Shown piece by piece: positions 49,842-60,400 of a stretch of DNA of 64,000 bases. The stretch spans positions 108,930 through 172,929 of the forward strand of contig CAWASM010000002.1 in the NCBI GenBank assembly GCA_963784835.1, in the 5' to 3' direction. Each line of letters begins with the position of its first letter. Within the stretch, counting starts at the first letter, position 1. A program made the position numbers and the translations under genes. Source of the DNA: an uncultured Actinomycetes bacterium. Lineage in GTDB: Bacteria > Actinomycetota > Thermoleophilia > RBG-16-64-13. The notes under the pieces were generated by a model, which saw only the letters and a list, made by a program, of their open reading frames with translations, made no database searches and was not told the DNA's origin.

Positions 49842-51823
49842 TGCCCAAGCGCGCCGACACGCACGCGAAAGCAGTCGACGGCCTTGTGGCCGTGCGGCTG
49901 GAGCCTGCTGGGCAGACCGTCAGGGTACCGGCCGGCACCCTCCTCGAAGACGCCATCTCCGAGGCCGGGCTGCGAGTGTCGCTGCCATGCGGCGGTCAGG
50001 GACGCTGCGGCCGGTGCGCCGTGGAAGTGCGCGAGGGATCGGTGAGACGGAGGTCTGCGCTGCGGCTTAGCGAGGAAGACCTCACCCGCGGCTACGCGCT
50101 TGCCTGCCAGACCATCGTCAACAGCGACGTCACCATCTGGATCCCGCCCGAGCGTGAACGGGTGGACCTATTGCAGGGCGAACGCAAGGCCGACAAGACA
50201 GCCGTTGCGACCTTCCTGTGTGACCACCATTCTCGCCCCTGGGTGTCGCGCTACCGGGTGGTCATGCCGTCACCCACCACCGTCGACAACATCCCCGATC
50301 TCGAACGGCTGCAGCGCGAACTCACCCGCCAGTTCGATCTCCCCCGCGTGACGGGCACGCTCACAGCCCTGAGCAATCTGCCGCACGTGATCCGTGAGGA
50401 GGAGTGGGCCGTCACCGCCGAGGTGGAGCGCTTTCCGTCGCCCTGCGTCACCGATGCCTACCGGCTGCTGGATGTGCTGCCTGGGCGAGCCAGGAGGAGC
50501 GCGCTCGGCTTGGCCGTGGATATCGGCACCACCACCGTGGAGACCTACCTGGGCAACCTTTCCACCGGGCAACTGATCGACCAAGCGTCTGAGTACAACC
50601 GCCAGATGGCCCGGGGAGAAGACGTCATCTCGCGCATCCTCTATGCGCGCGACCCCAAGCGCCGCATCGAACTGCAGGCCCTCGTTGTCGCTACCGTGAA
50701 CTCGCTTATCGACGAGATGCTGCTGCGGCAGGGTCTGACCCCCGAGGACCTCACCTTCGTCACGGTGGCAGGCAATACCACCATGACCCACCTCTTCCTG
50801 GGCCTCAGGCCCGACTACATCAGACTTCAGCCCTACGTACCCGCCGCCGGCATGTATGTACCGGTGCTGGCCAACCGGCTGGGCCTGCACGCGCACCCGG
50901 AGGCCCACGTCGACTGCCTGCCTGGAGTGGGCGCCTACGTGGGCGGCGACATAGCTGCCGGGGTCCTGCGTACGGGGATGCACGAGGATGAGCGTGTCAC
51001 GCTGTTCATAGACATAGGCACCAATGGCGAGATGGTGCTAGGCAATTCCGAGTGGCTCATCAGTTGTGCCTGTTCGGCCGGTCCGGCCTTCGAAGGGGCA
51101 GGCGCCGCCTCCGGCGTGCGGGCCGTAGAGGGCGCTATCGACGAAGTCTGGATCGACCCGCGCACTCTCCAGCCCACGTTCAGCGCCCTGGGTGACACCC
51201 CGCCGGTCGGCATCTGCGGCTCGGGCATGATCTCGCTGCTGGGCGAGATGAGGATGACTGGGGTCATCGACAAGAGCGGGCGTATCGCCACTGAAGGCTC
51301 GAGCGATCGGGTGCGGCGGGGCGACAGCGGCTTGGAATACGTGGTGGCCTGGGCGGCGGAGTCCGCCGAAGACGTCGGCGACATAGTGCTCACCGAAACC
51401 GACATCCAGAACCTCCTGCGGGCAAAGGCGTCCATCTACGCAGGCGCCACCGTACTGTGCGACAGCGTGGACATACCCATCGGCGACGTGGAGCGGGTGC
51501 TCATCGGCGGTGGCTTCGGGCGTCACATCGATGTCGAGAAGGCCATCGAGATAGGCCTGCTCCCCGACCTCCCCTGGGAGCGCTTCACCTACCTGGGCAA
51601 CACCTCCATCCAGGGAGCCTATGAAGCCCTCACGTGCCGCGAACACCGCGTCCAAGTAGACGAACTGGCCGGCAAGATGACCTACCTGGAGTTGAGCGTC
51701 GACAACCGCTTCATGGAAGCGTTCACCTCCGCTCTGTTCATCCCGCACACCGACGTGAGCCTCTTCCCGTCGGTAGGGTTGGCGTTGGCGGAGGTCACGC
51801 CGGACAAGGTGAGCGCGCTGTGA
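49841..51823 (+). CDS. Reductive activator of CoFeSP (RACo): [2Fe-2S] ferredoxin plus ASKHA ATPase
   Basis: Plant-type Fdx motif CGGQGRCGRCAV; ASKHA phosphate loops LAVDIGTTTVE ... GNTTMTHLFLG; start overlaps the acsC stop. Confidence 0.75.
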   Translation: MPKRADTHAKAVDGLVAVRLEPAGQTVRVPAGTLLEDAISEAGLRVSLPCGGQGRCGRCAVEVREGSVRRRSALRLSEEDLTRGYALACQTIVNSDVTIWIPPERERVDLLQGERKADKTAVATFLCDHHSRPWVSRYRVVMPSPTTVDNIPDLERLQRELTRQFDLPRVTGTLTALSNLPHVIREEEWAVTAEVERFPSPCVTDAYRLLDVLPGRARRSALGLAVDIGTTTVETYLGNLSTGQLIDQASEYNRQMARGEDVISRILYARDPKRRIELQALVVATVNSLIDEMLLRQGLTPEDLTFVTVAGNTTMTHLFLGLRPDYIRLQPYVPAAGMYVPVLANRLGLHAHPEAHVDCLPGVGAYVGGDIAAGVLRTGMHEDERVTLFIDIGTNGEMVLGNSEWLISCACSAGPAFEGAGAASGVRAVEGAIDEVWIDPRTLQPTFSALGDTPPVGICGSGMISLLGEMRMTGVIDKSGRIATEGSSDRVRRGDSGLEYVVAWAAESAEDVGDIVLTETDIQNLLRAKASIYAGATVLCDSVDIPIGDVERVLIGGGFGRHIDVEKAIEIGLLPDLPWERFTYLGNTSIQGAYEALTCREHRVQVDELAGKMTYLELSVDNRFMEAFTSALFIPHTDVSLFPSVGLALAEVTPDKVSAL

Positions 51824-51831
51824 GCCTCACC

Positions 51832-52620
51832 ATGGCAGTGGCCGGCAAGGGCGGCACCGGCAAGACCACCTTCTCCGCCCTCGCGGTGAAGTACCTGCGC
51901 GAGACCGGGATGACCCCCATCCTCGCTATCGATGCGGACCCCAGCTCCAATCTCAACATGGCTCTGGGCATGGAACTGCACGAGACAGTCGGACAGATCC
52001 GCGAGGACACCCGCGACCAAGTCATGGGCGGCACGTTCCAAACGGGCATGTCCAAACCGGATTGGTTCCAGTACCAGGTGGAGCAATGCCTGGTGGAGGG
52101 CGATGAGGTCGACCTCCTGGCCATGGGCCGTCCCGAAGGGCCCGGCTGCTACTGCGCGGCCAACCACATGTTGCGCCAGGCTATCGACCGGTTGGGCGAT
52201 TCGTACCGAGCCGTCGTCATCGACAACGAAGCCGGCTTGGAGCACATCAGCCGCCAGACCACCAGGAATGTCGACTGGCTCTTCATAGTCAGCGATCCCA
52301 GCCAACGGGGGCTGGCCGCCGCCGAGCAAGTCGTGCGTCTTATCGACTCGCTGGGGACGCGCATAGGGCGGGTGGGCCTCATCGTCAATCGGGTGGACGG
52401 GGAGTTACCCGATGCGTTTCGGGAGCGCATCGCCGGGCTCGGCGTCCCCCTGCTGGGCGTGCTGCCTCAGGATCAAGCCCTGAGTCACCTGGACGCGGAG
52501 GGTCTGCCCCTCGTCACCCTGGACGACTCGTCGAAAGTCTATCCCGCGGTGAAGATCATCCTGGAGGCTGCTCTCACCTCAGCCTCGGCACCGGCGCAGC
52601 TCAAGGAGGAAGCATGCTGA
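51832..52620 (+). CDS. Second CooC-family ATPase (AcsF-like, for ACS Ni site)
   Basis: AVAGKGGTGKTT; GPGCYCAAN. Confidence 0.7.
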   Translation: MAVAGKGGTGKTTFSALAVKYLRETGMTPILAIDADPSSNLNMALGMELHETVGQIREDTRDQVMGGTFQTGMSKPDWFQYQVEQCLVEGDEVDLLAMGRPEGPGCYCAANHMLRQAIDRLGDSYRAVVIDNEAGLEHISRQTTRNVDWLFIVSDPSQRGLAAAEQVVRLIDSLGTRIGRVGLIVNRVDGELPDAFRERIAGLGVPLLGVLPQDQALSHLDAEGLPLVTLDDSSKVYPAVKIILEAALTSASAPAQLKEEAC

Positions 52621-53534
52621 TAATCGGCGAGAACATCCACATCATCTCTCCGGACGTAAAGGAAGCAATTGCCACCCGTGACACGAAGGCCATCCAGGCG
52701 CTGGCCAAGGAACAGGTGGACGCGGGTGCAGGCATGCTCGATCTCAACATCGGGCCGCAGAAGAAGGACGGGGTCGACATCATGCGCTGGCTGGTCCCGG
52801 CCGTCCAGGAGGTAGTCGACGTGCCCTTGTCTCTTGACACCACCAACCTGGAGGCCATCGGGGCCGGGCTGGCGTTGGTCAAACGGAAGGGGCTGGTGAA
52901 CTCAGCCTCGGCCGAGCCCGAGCGGCTGAAGAAGGTGCCGCCGGTGGCCGCTGAGCACGGTGCCGGCCTCATCGCCCTGTTGATGGGCAAGAGCGGCATA
53001 CCGCTCACCGCCGAGGAACGCGTGTCCATGGCCATCGACGTGCTCATCCCCAGGGCGATAGAGGTGGGTATCCCCATGGAGGATCTCTACCTCGACCCGC
53101 TTCTGCTCACCGTGTCCGGCTGCCAGGAGTACTGCCCTCCGGCGATCGAAGCCGTGCGCTACATCAAGCAGGGCATGGATCCAGCGCCGATGACCACCTG
53201 CGGGCTCAGCAACGTGTCCAACCGGGTGCCCGAGAAGATGCGCAGCCTGCTCAACCGGGTCTATTTGGTGATGCTCATGGCCGTGGGACTTGATACGGCC
53301 ATCGCCGACCCGCTGGACAAGGAGTTGGTGGACACCATCCGCATAATCGACCAGCGCGACGACTCGACGGGCGCCGGCGCCCTGCTGCTGACTCTGCACG
53401 ACCGCGTCGCGGCCATGGAGGAACTGGAGGCGGCGGACGCCGACCTCTCCGATCCTGCTCAAGCGGCCATCTGGAAGACGGTCCAGGTGTTGCTGAACAA
53501 GACCATCTACACCGACGCCTACCTGCGCGGATGA
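52614..53534 (+). CDS. acsE: Methyltetrahydrofolate:corrinoid/Fe-S protein methyltransferase (AcsE)
   Basis: Pterin-binding TIM-barrel MeTr pattern MLIIGENIHIISPDVKEAI...LDLNIGP... Confidence 0.75.
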   Translation: MLIIGENIHIISPDVKEAIATRDTKAIQALAKEQVDAGAGMLDLNIGPQKKDGVDIMRWLVPAVQEVVDVPLSLDTTNLEAIGAGLALVKRKGLVNSASAEPERLKKVPPVAAEHGAGLIALLMGKSGIPLTAEERVSMAIDVLIPRAIEVGIPMEDLYLDPLLLTVSGCQEYCPPAIEAVRYIKQGMDPAPMTTCGLSNVSNRVPEKMRSLLNRVYLVMLMAVGLDTAIADPLDKELVDTIRIIDQRDDSTGAGALLLTLHDRVAAMEELEAADADLSDPAQAAIWKTVQVLLNKTIYTDAYLRG

Positions 53535-53770
53535 TGAAGGGCGGAGAAATGGGGCACATGATGAAGGATCTCACTGCGCTCCTGCAGTACCTGGTGAAGC
53601 ACAACGAAGAGCACGCGGACGAGATCGTGGAACTGGCCGGGCGCGCCCGTGAGCTCGGAAGAGAGGACGCCTACGGCCACTTGGTCCGCGGCGTCGAGCT
53701 CCTAAGGGACTCGAACACGAGCCTGCGCGCCGCTCTCGTCACATTGGAGGGGCAGGATGTGTCTCGCTAA
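53531..53770 (+). CDS. Small helical His-containing hypothetical protein
   Basis: GHMMKDL...HNEEHADE...YGH; no domain recognised. Confidence 0.3.
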   Translation: MMKGGEMGHMMKDLTALLQYLVKHNEEHADEIVELAGRARELGREDAYGHLVRGVELLRDSNTSLRAALVTLEGQDVSR

Positions 53771-53957
53771 AGCGTACGTCCGAGCTTCGGCGACCGACGC
53801 CGAGGGCAAGCTGCTTATGGAGAACGTCATTCGCGTAGAAGTAGACGGCGACCGGGTTCATCTCTCGTCGCTGCTGGGCGACTCGGAGGAGCTGCAGGCC
53901 CGCATCAGCTTCGTCAGCTTCGTCGACTCAAGACTCGTTCTGGAGACGTCAAGATGA
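53757..53957 (+). CDS. CooT-like small Ni-binding CODH accessory protein
   Basis: 66 aa starting MCLAKAY (Cys2), size and pattern of the CooT family. Confidence 0.5.
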   Translation: MCLAKAYVRASATDAEGKLLMENVIRVEVDGDRVHLSSLLGDSEELQARISFVSFVDSRLVLETSR

Positions 53958-54448
53958 CGGCCACCCCAGGATCGGCCGGCTCGGCGCCGCGAAGCGCCCA
54001 GCCGCCTCAAAGTACCGAGGCCACGATAGAAAGGCACAGCGCCGACGCGTCCAACCTCATCCAGATACTGCTGGAGATGCAGCAACGCCGGCACTGGCTC
54101 TCTGAGGACGATCTCGCGCTGGTGAGCCGCCGGCTGGAGGTGCCTCTGAGCCGCGTCTACCACATAGCCACTTTCTACAAGGCCTTCAGCCTTGTCCCCA
54201 AGGGGAAGCACATGGTGTCGGTGTGTCTGGGCACGGCCTGCCAGGTGCGCGGCGCCACTCGCCTGCTCGACAAAGTGGTGGAGGCGTTCAAGATCCGTCC
54301 GGGCGAGACGTCGCCCGACATGCGCTTCAGTCTGAGCACGGTCAACTGCCTGGGCTGTTGCGCCCTCGGTCCGGTGATGATGGTCGATGGGGAGTACTAC
54401 AGCAAGCCTTCCAAGGAAGAACTCGAGCTGCTGGCGGCTGCGGACTAG
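53954..54448 (+). CDS. Second NuoE/HndA-like [2Fe-2S] subunit
   Basis: VCLGTACQVRGA ... VNCLGCCALGPVMMVDG. Confidence 0.65.
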   Translation: MTATPGSAGSAPRSAQPPQSTEATIERHSADASNLIQILLEMQQRRHWLSEDDLALVSRRLEVPLSRVYHIATFYKAFSLVPKGKHMVSVCLGTACQVRGATRLLDKVVEAFKIRPGETSPDMRFSLSTVNCLGCCALGPVMMVDGEYYSKPSKEELELLAAAD

Positions 54449-54474
54449 CGTGCGGACCGCGGGGAGGAAGCAAA

Positions 54475-56412
54475 GTGCCTAGATTCGAATCAGCGGCCGA
54501 TCTGCAGAGCCACCGGAGCCGGTTGCTGGCCGCCCATGACGCGAGCAGACCGTGCGTGACCATCTGCTCCGGCACCGGTTGCCACGCCGCCCGGAGTGAC
54601 CAGGTGCACCACGCCTTCCAGGAGGAGCTGCTCCGGGCCGGACTCAGAGACAAGGTGGACATCCTCCGCACCGGCTGCCAGGGCTTCTGCGAAAGAGGCA
54701 CCATCGTCAGCCTCCAGCCGAACGAGGTCACCTACCTGCAAGTCAAGCCGGAGGATGCGGCCGAGATCGTCGCCGAGACGCTGGTGAAGGGCAAGGTGGT
54801 CGACCGGCTGCTCTATGAGACCGCGAGCGGGCAGAGGGTCGCGCTCAAGGAAGATATCCCCTTCTATACTCACCAGATGCCGGTCGTCTTCGGCCTCAAC
54901 CACCTGATCAGCCCAACAGACGTCGACAGCTACATCCTGCTGAATGGCTACGGCGCGCTCGCCAAGGCGCTCTTTGAGATGTCGCCCCAAGCAAGTGGTG
55001 GACGAGATCAAAGCGTCCGACCTGCGGGGAAGGGGCGGTGGCGGCTTCCGCACCGGGCTCAAGTGGCAGACGACGCAAGGATGCCCCCGGGCATGTCAAG
55101 TACGTGGCTGTGAACGCCGACGAGGGCGACCCGGGAGCGTACATGGATAGGAGCTTGCTGGAGGGCAATCCCCATCAGGTGCTCGAGGGGTTGCATCATC
55201 GGCGCCTACGCCATCGGCGCCCACGAGGGCTTCGTCTACGTGCGACAGGAGTATCCGCTGGCCGTGGAGAACCTGGCGGCTGCGCTCGATCAGGCGCGCG
55301 AGTACGGCCTGTTGGGCGACAACATCCTGGGCTCGGGCTTCGCCTTTGACGTGAAGGTGCATCGCGGGGCGGGAGCCTTCGTCAGCGGTGAATCGAGCGC
55401 GCTTATGTCGGCCATCGAAGGGACACGTGGGCGAGCCGCAGGCCCAAGTACGTGCGCACCGCCGTCAGCGGCATCTATGGGGCCGGCCGACCAACCTCAA
55501 CAACGTCGAGACCTGGGCCACCGTGCCGCTCATCATCGCCAAGGGCGCCGACTGGTTCAAGAGCATCGGCACCGAGAACAGCAAGGGCACAAAGATCTTC
55601 TCCCTGGTGGGCAAGGTGAACAACACCGGCCTGGTGGAAGTGCCTATGGGCATGACACTGCGCGAGGTGGTGTTCGACATAGGCGGGGGCGTCCCCGAGG
55701 GAGGCAAGTTCAAAGCGGTGCAGACCGGCGGGCCTTCGGGAGGAGTCATCCCCGAGGAGTACCTTGACCTGCCGGTCGACTTCGACGAACTGGACAAGGC
55801 CGGCTCGATGATGGGCTCGGGTGGAATGATCGTCATGGACGAGGACACCTGCATGGTCGACACAGCCCGGTACTACATGAACTTCTTAGCCGAGGAATCG
55901 TGCGGCAAGTGCGTCCCCTGCCGCGAGGGCATCCACCAGATGCTCGCCGTGCTCGACCGCATCTGCGAAGGCGAAGGCCGCGAGGGCGACGTCGAGTTGC
56001 TCGAGGAGATCGCCGGGGTGGTAAAGGACTTCTCGCTGTGCGCGCTCGGGGGAACAGCTCCCAATCCCGGTGCTCAGCACCATCCGTCACTTCGCCGACG
56101 AGTACCAGGCCCACATCCTAGAGAAGCGCTGCCCCAGCGGCGTGTGCAAGGCGCTGATCTCCTACTACATCGACCCCCAGAAGTGCCGAGGTTGCATGCC
56201 TGCCTGAAGAACTGCCCGGTCGGAGGCCATCAGCGGCACCAGAAACACCGTGCACATCATCGACCAGGCGACGTGCACCAAGTGCGGCGCTTGCATCGAG
56301 GTCTGCCCGGCGCGCTACGACGCGGTCGGTCAAGCTATCCGGTGTTCCAGTTCCCGAACCTGTCGCGGCCGGGACGCCCGTCGAGGGGAAGCGAGGCAAA
56401 GGCGATGAGTGA
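54475..56412 (+). pseudogene. Second NuoF/HndC-like subunit with at least 6 frameshifts
   Basis: GTG start after a GGGGAGGAAG RBS; ~65% identical to the intact paralog at 34181; motifs [50 protein letters not shown] scattered over three frames. Confidence 0.6.
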
Positions 56413-57013
56413 CGTCAGCTTGACCATCAACGGCCAGACCGTCACGGCCGCCGAGGGCACCACCATCCTTGAGGCGGCGCGGAGCGCGGGCATCGAGATC
56501 CCCACTCTCTGCCACCTCGCCGAGTTGACGCCGGCCGGGGCCTGCCGCCTCTGCACCGTCGAGATCTCAAAAGGCGGACGCTCCCGGTTGGCGGTCTCCT
56601 GCGTCTACCCGGTGGAGGAAGGGCTGGAAGTGCAAACCGAGTCGGAGCGCGTGGGAAAAGGACGCAGACTGATCCTGGAGATGTTGCTCGCCCGCGCCCC
56701 GGGGGTCGAGAAGGTGCGCGAGTACGGGGTCAAGTACGGCGTCGACGTGGACAAGTTCCCTGTAGAGGCCAGCTTCTGCATCCTCTGCGGCCTGTGCGTC
56801 CGCTACTGCGCCGAGGTGAAGAGGAAGGACGCCATCGGCTTCGTCGGCCGCGGAGTGGAGCGGCAGGTCATGTTCCAGCCCGAGATAGCCGCCAAGGAGT
56901 GCGCGCAGTGCGGTGAGTGCTTCAAGATCTGCCCGACGGGCGTGTTGCCGTCAAACTACGGCGTCACACGCGTCCCGCACTTCACTTGGCCGCGCAACCC
57001 GTTTTCCGGCTGA
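56405..57013 (+). CDS. Second NuoG-N/HndD-N-like Fe-S ferredoxin subunit
   Basis: [32 protein letters not shown]...GACRLC; [11 protein letters not shown]; [12 protein letters not shown]. Confidence 0.6.
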   Translation: MSDVSLTINGQTVTAAEGTTILEAARSAGIEIPTLCHLAELTPAGACRLCTVEISKGGRSRLAVSCVYPVEEGLEVQTESERVGKGRRLILEMLLARAPGVEKVREYGVKYGVDVDKFPVEASFCILCGLCVRYCAEVKRKDAIGFVGRGVERQVMFQPEIAAKECAQCGECFKICPTGVLPSNYGVTRVPHFTWPRNPFSG

Positions 57014-57061
57014 GCGCGGGGCCGTAGCGTCCGGCCGGGCGGCGGGATATCCCTGGACCGG

Positions 57062-57427
57062 CTACTCCGGCGAGCTTGTCGCCGACTCTGCCTTCGCCTG
57101 CAACGTCTGCGCCAGATCGGCGACGGTCGTGCGGTCGAACAGATCGTCGACCACTGCCGTGACCCGGGTCCAGAGCGGATTGGCCGGACAAGTGTCGATG
57201 CGCGTGCAAATCTCCGGATGGGACACACAGGCTGCGAGTTCGAATGGTCCTTCCGTCGCATCCAGAACCTGTTTCACCGTGATCTCCCCGCCTGGTCGAG
57301 CAAGCGAGAATCCCCCCTCTTTGCCCCGATGGCTCCGAACTAGTCCGGCGCCGGTCAGCCTGCCCATCAACTGCTGGATGTAGCCCGAACTTACGGCGTG
57401 GTGCCCTTTTGTGGACATGCGCATCAT
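57062..57427 (-). CDS. Rrf2-family regulator, Fe-S type (CX7CX5C), N-terminal wHTH apparently shortened
   Basis: ...GLVRSHRGKEGGFSLARPGGEITVKQVLDATEG...AACVSHPEICTRIDTCPANPLW. Confidence 0.5.
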   Translation of the reverse strand: MMRMSTKGHHAVSSGYIQQLMGRLTGAGLVRSHRGKEGGFSLARPGGEITVKQVLDATEGPFELAACVSHPEICTRIDTCPANPLWTRVTAVVDDLFDRTTVADLAQTLQAKAESATSSPE

Positions 57428-60400
57428 AGAATGGACACCTCCACGTAGTGGTCGCGCCGGTCGTCCACCAGAGGGATGGCACCGTGAAGAGACCCGGTCT
57501 GGTCGAGGTCCACGCCATCCATCTTGACGCTTCTCACCAGCTCCGCTCCCAGGGACAGGACTTCCTTCCCGGAAGCGCCCGTTCCGTCATCTTTCCGCTC
57601 TATGGTGATGTGATAGAAGGTCTCGCGGTACCGGTAGTGCACCTTGAAAGAGCCCCAGTCCTTCGGCATCAGCGGTGCCAGGCGCAGTCGGTCCACTTCC
57701 AAATGCAGGCCCAGGAGCGTCTCCACGGCCAGCCGGTACATCCAACCCGCCGCGCCCGTATACCAGGTCCACCCTCCCCGGCCGGTGTGCGGCGGGGCGG
57801 CGTAGATGTCGGCGCTCATGACGTAGGGCTCCACTTTGTACAGTCCGCTCTTGCCCGGCTGATCCCCATGATGGATGGGGCTCAGCATCGAGAACAGCTC
57901 CCAGGCGTGCTCCACGTCACCTATCTGGGCGAACGCCATCACGGCCCAGATGGCGGCATGGGTGTACTGGCCCCCGTTCTCGCGCACACCGGGCACGTAG
58001 CCCTTGATGTACCCGGGTTCCAGGGACGACGTGTCGAAGGGCGGATCGAGCAGCTTGATGAGGCCCGCCTCGGGCTTGACCAGGAGCCTGTCGACCGCTG
58101 CCATGGCCTGGCGGGCGCGCGCCGGGTCGCCGGCCCCCGATATCACCGCCCAGCTCTGGCTGATGGAGTCGATGCGGCATTCGTCGTTGGCCGAAGAGCC
58201 CAAGGGCGTGCCGTCGTCAAAGTATGCCCGGCGGTACCAGCCACCATCCCAGGCATGCGCCTCGATGTTGGCCCCGAGCTCCTCTGCCTGTCCGGAGCAC
58301 AGCCGGGCCATCTCCTCGTCCTCCCGGCTCTGAGCAAGCTCTCCGAACAAGCGCAGGTTCTCGCAAAGGAACCAGGCAAGCCACACGCTCTCTCCCTTGC
58401 CCCCGTGACCGACTAGGTTCATGCCGTCGTTCCAGTCGCCGGCGCCCATGAGCGGCAATCCGTGGCGACCGAAACGCAGGGCCTGCTTGACCGCGCGGAC
58501 GCAGTGCTCGTACAGACTCGCGACGTCGGTGGAACGCTGCGGAAGGTCGTAGTAGGCTTCCTCGTCCGGGCCCAACACCCGACCTTCGAGGAAGGCCACG
58601 GGTTCGTCAAGAACCCCCGTATCGCCCGTAGCCAGCACATACCGGCAGGTCGCATAGGGCAACCACAGGTAGTCGTCCGACGAATGCGTACGCACTCCTT
58701 GCCCCTCGGGTGGATGCCACCAGTGCTGCACGTCACCTTCGCGGAACTGGCGCTCGGCGCAGCGCAGCAGATGCTCACGCGCGATCCAGGGCATCGTGTG
58801 GACAAGAGCCATAGTGTCCTGCAGCTGGTCGCGGAAGCCGTAGGCGCCGCCCGACTGGTAGTAGCCGCTACGTCCCCAGATCCGGCACGATAGGGTCTGG
58901 TAGATCAGCCATCCGTTGGCGAGGACGTTGAGCGCAGTATCGGGAGTCTCCAGATACACAGCCCCCAGGGCACGATTCCAGTGGGCCCACACCGCCTCCA
59001 ACGCTCGGCGAGCGCCGGCGGGACCCACAAAGCGCTGCATCAGCTGCTGGGCCTCGACCTTGTTTTCGGCCGCTCCAATCACGAAGACGATCTCGCGCTC
59101 CTGCCCGTCGGCCAGTTCGAAGGGAGTCTGAATGGCCGCGCACGGATCGAGCCCGGCGCCCGTCCTGCCCGACAACCGCCCGCGCCGCATTGCCGCCGGG
59201 TCGGCCAGGGAGCCGTTGCGACCGATGAACTCGGTGCGATTCCCAGTGACAGTCCGCCGCGCCTCGCTGACTTGAGCGAAGAACAACCGGCTCGGACCGC
59301 ACGCGCGAGTAGGCATTGCGGGCGAACAGGGCGCCGCTGCCGGGGTCCTTCTCGGTGACGATATGCATGAGATTGGCATGCCGCCACTCGCCCAGCACCA
59401 GCTCCCAGTATCCAGTGAGCGACAGCCGGCGGGTACGGCCCGAGTGATTGCGCAACTTCACCACCACGAACTTCACCGGCGCGTCCATGGCGACGTAGGT
59501 GGTCAGCTCCGAGAAGATGCCCGATTCGTCGTGCTCGAAGACGCTGTAGCCGAATCCGTGCCGGCATTCGTACCCCGTGCGGCCGCGTGCGGGAAGCGGC
59601 GTGGGCGACCAGAAGGCGCCCGTCTCCTCGTCCCGGAGGTAGAACGCCTCCCCACTGCTGTCGCTCACCGGATCGTTGTGGAAGGTGGTCAAGACGGAAC
59701 TCGTGCGCGTTCTCCACCCACGTGTAGGCGCTCCCGCTCTCGCTGACGACCGTCCCCATGTGGGGACTCGCGATCACGTTCGCCCACGGTGCAGGCGTGC
59801 GTCCGTCCGGGCTCCAGGCTGATGACGTACTCGCGGCCATCAGGCGTGAAGCCGCCCAGGCCGTTGTGGAAGACGCTGTCGCGCGCGTGGCAGAGGCTCA
59901 GCCACTTCCGCCGCCGCTTGGCGCGAGGGCTCGAGAGCTGCCGGTAAGCGCTCGGCCGGCGTGCGCCGCTGTACCTGCTCGGCGAGAGTCTCGCACGTGT
60001 CGGTGAGCACCACGCGGGCGACCGTCTGGAACAGCACTCGGTCCTCTTCGGACAGCTCTTCCGCTCGCCGGACGAACACCCCGCCGGGCTTGTCGATCAC
60101 CAGCCGCTTCGGGCCCGGCGTTGATCAGGCCCATGATCTCGTCTTGGAGAACGGCCCGGTAGCCCGAGAAGTCCTCGTTCAAGATCACCAGGTCGGCCGC
60201 CAGGCCTTTGATCCTCCAGTAGGCGTGGGCCTGCAGGGCCTGCTTCACCAGATCGATGCGGCTCACGTCACCGATGCGCACCAGCACGATGGGCAGGTCG
60301 CCCGAGATGCCGAAGCGCCAGAGGCCGCGCTGGCCGAGTCTGGTTGCGCTCGATGATGCCGGGAGCGGCCCGCCTGAGAGCGTTCGCGTGGATGACCGAA

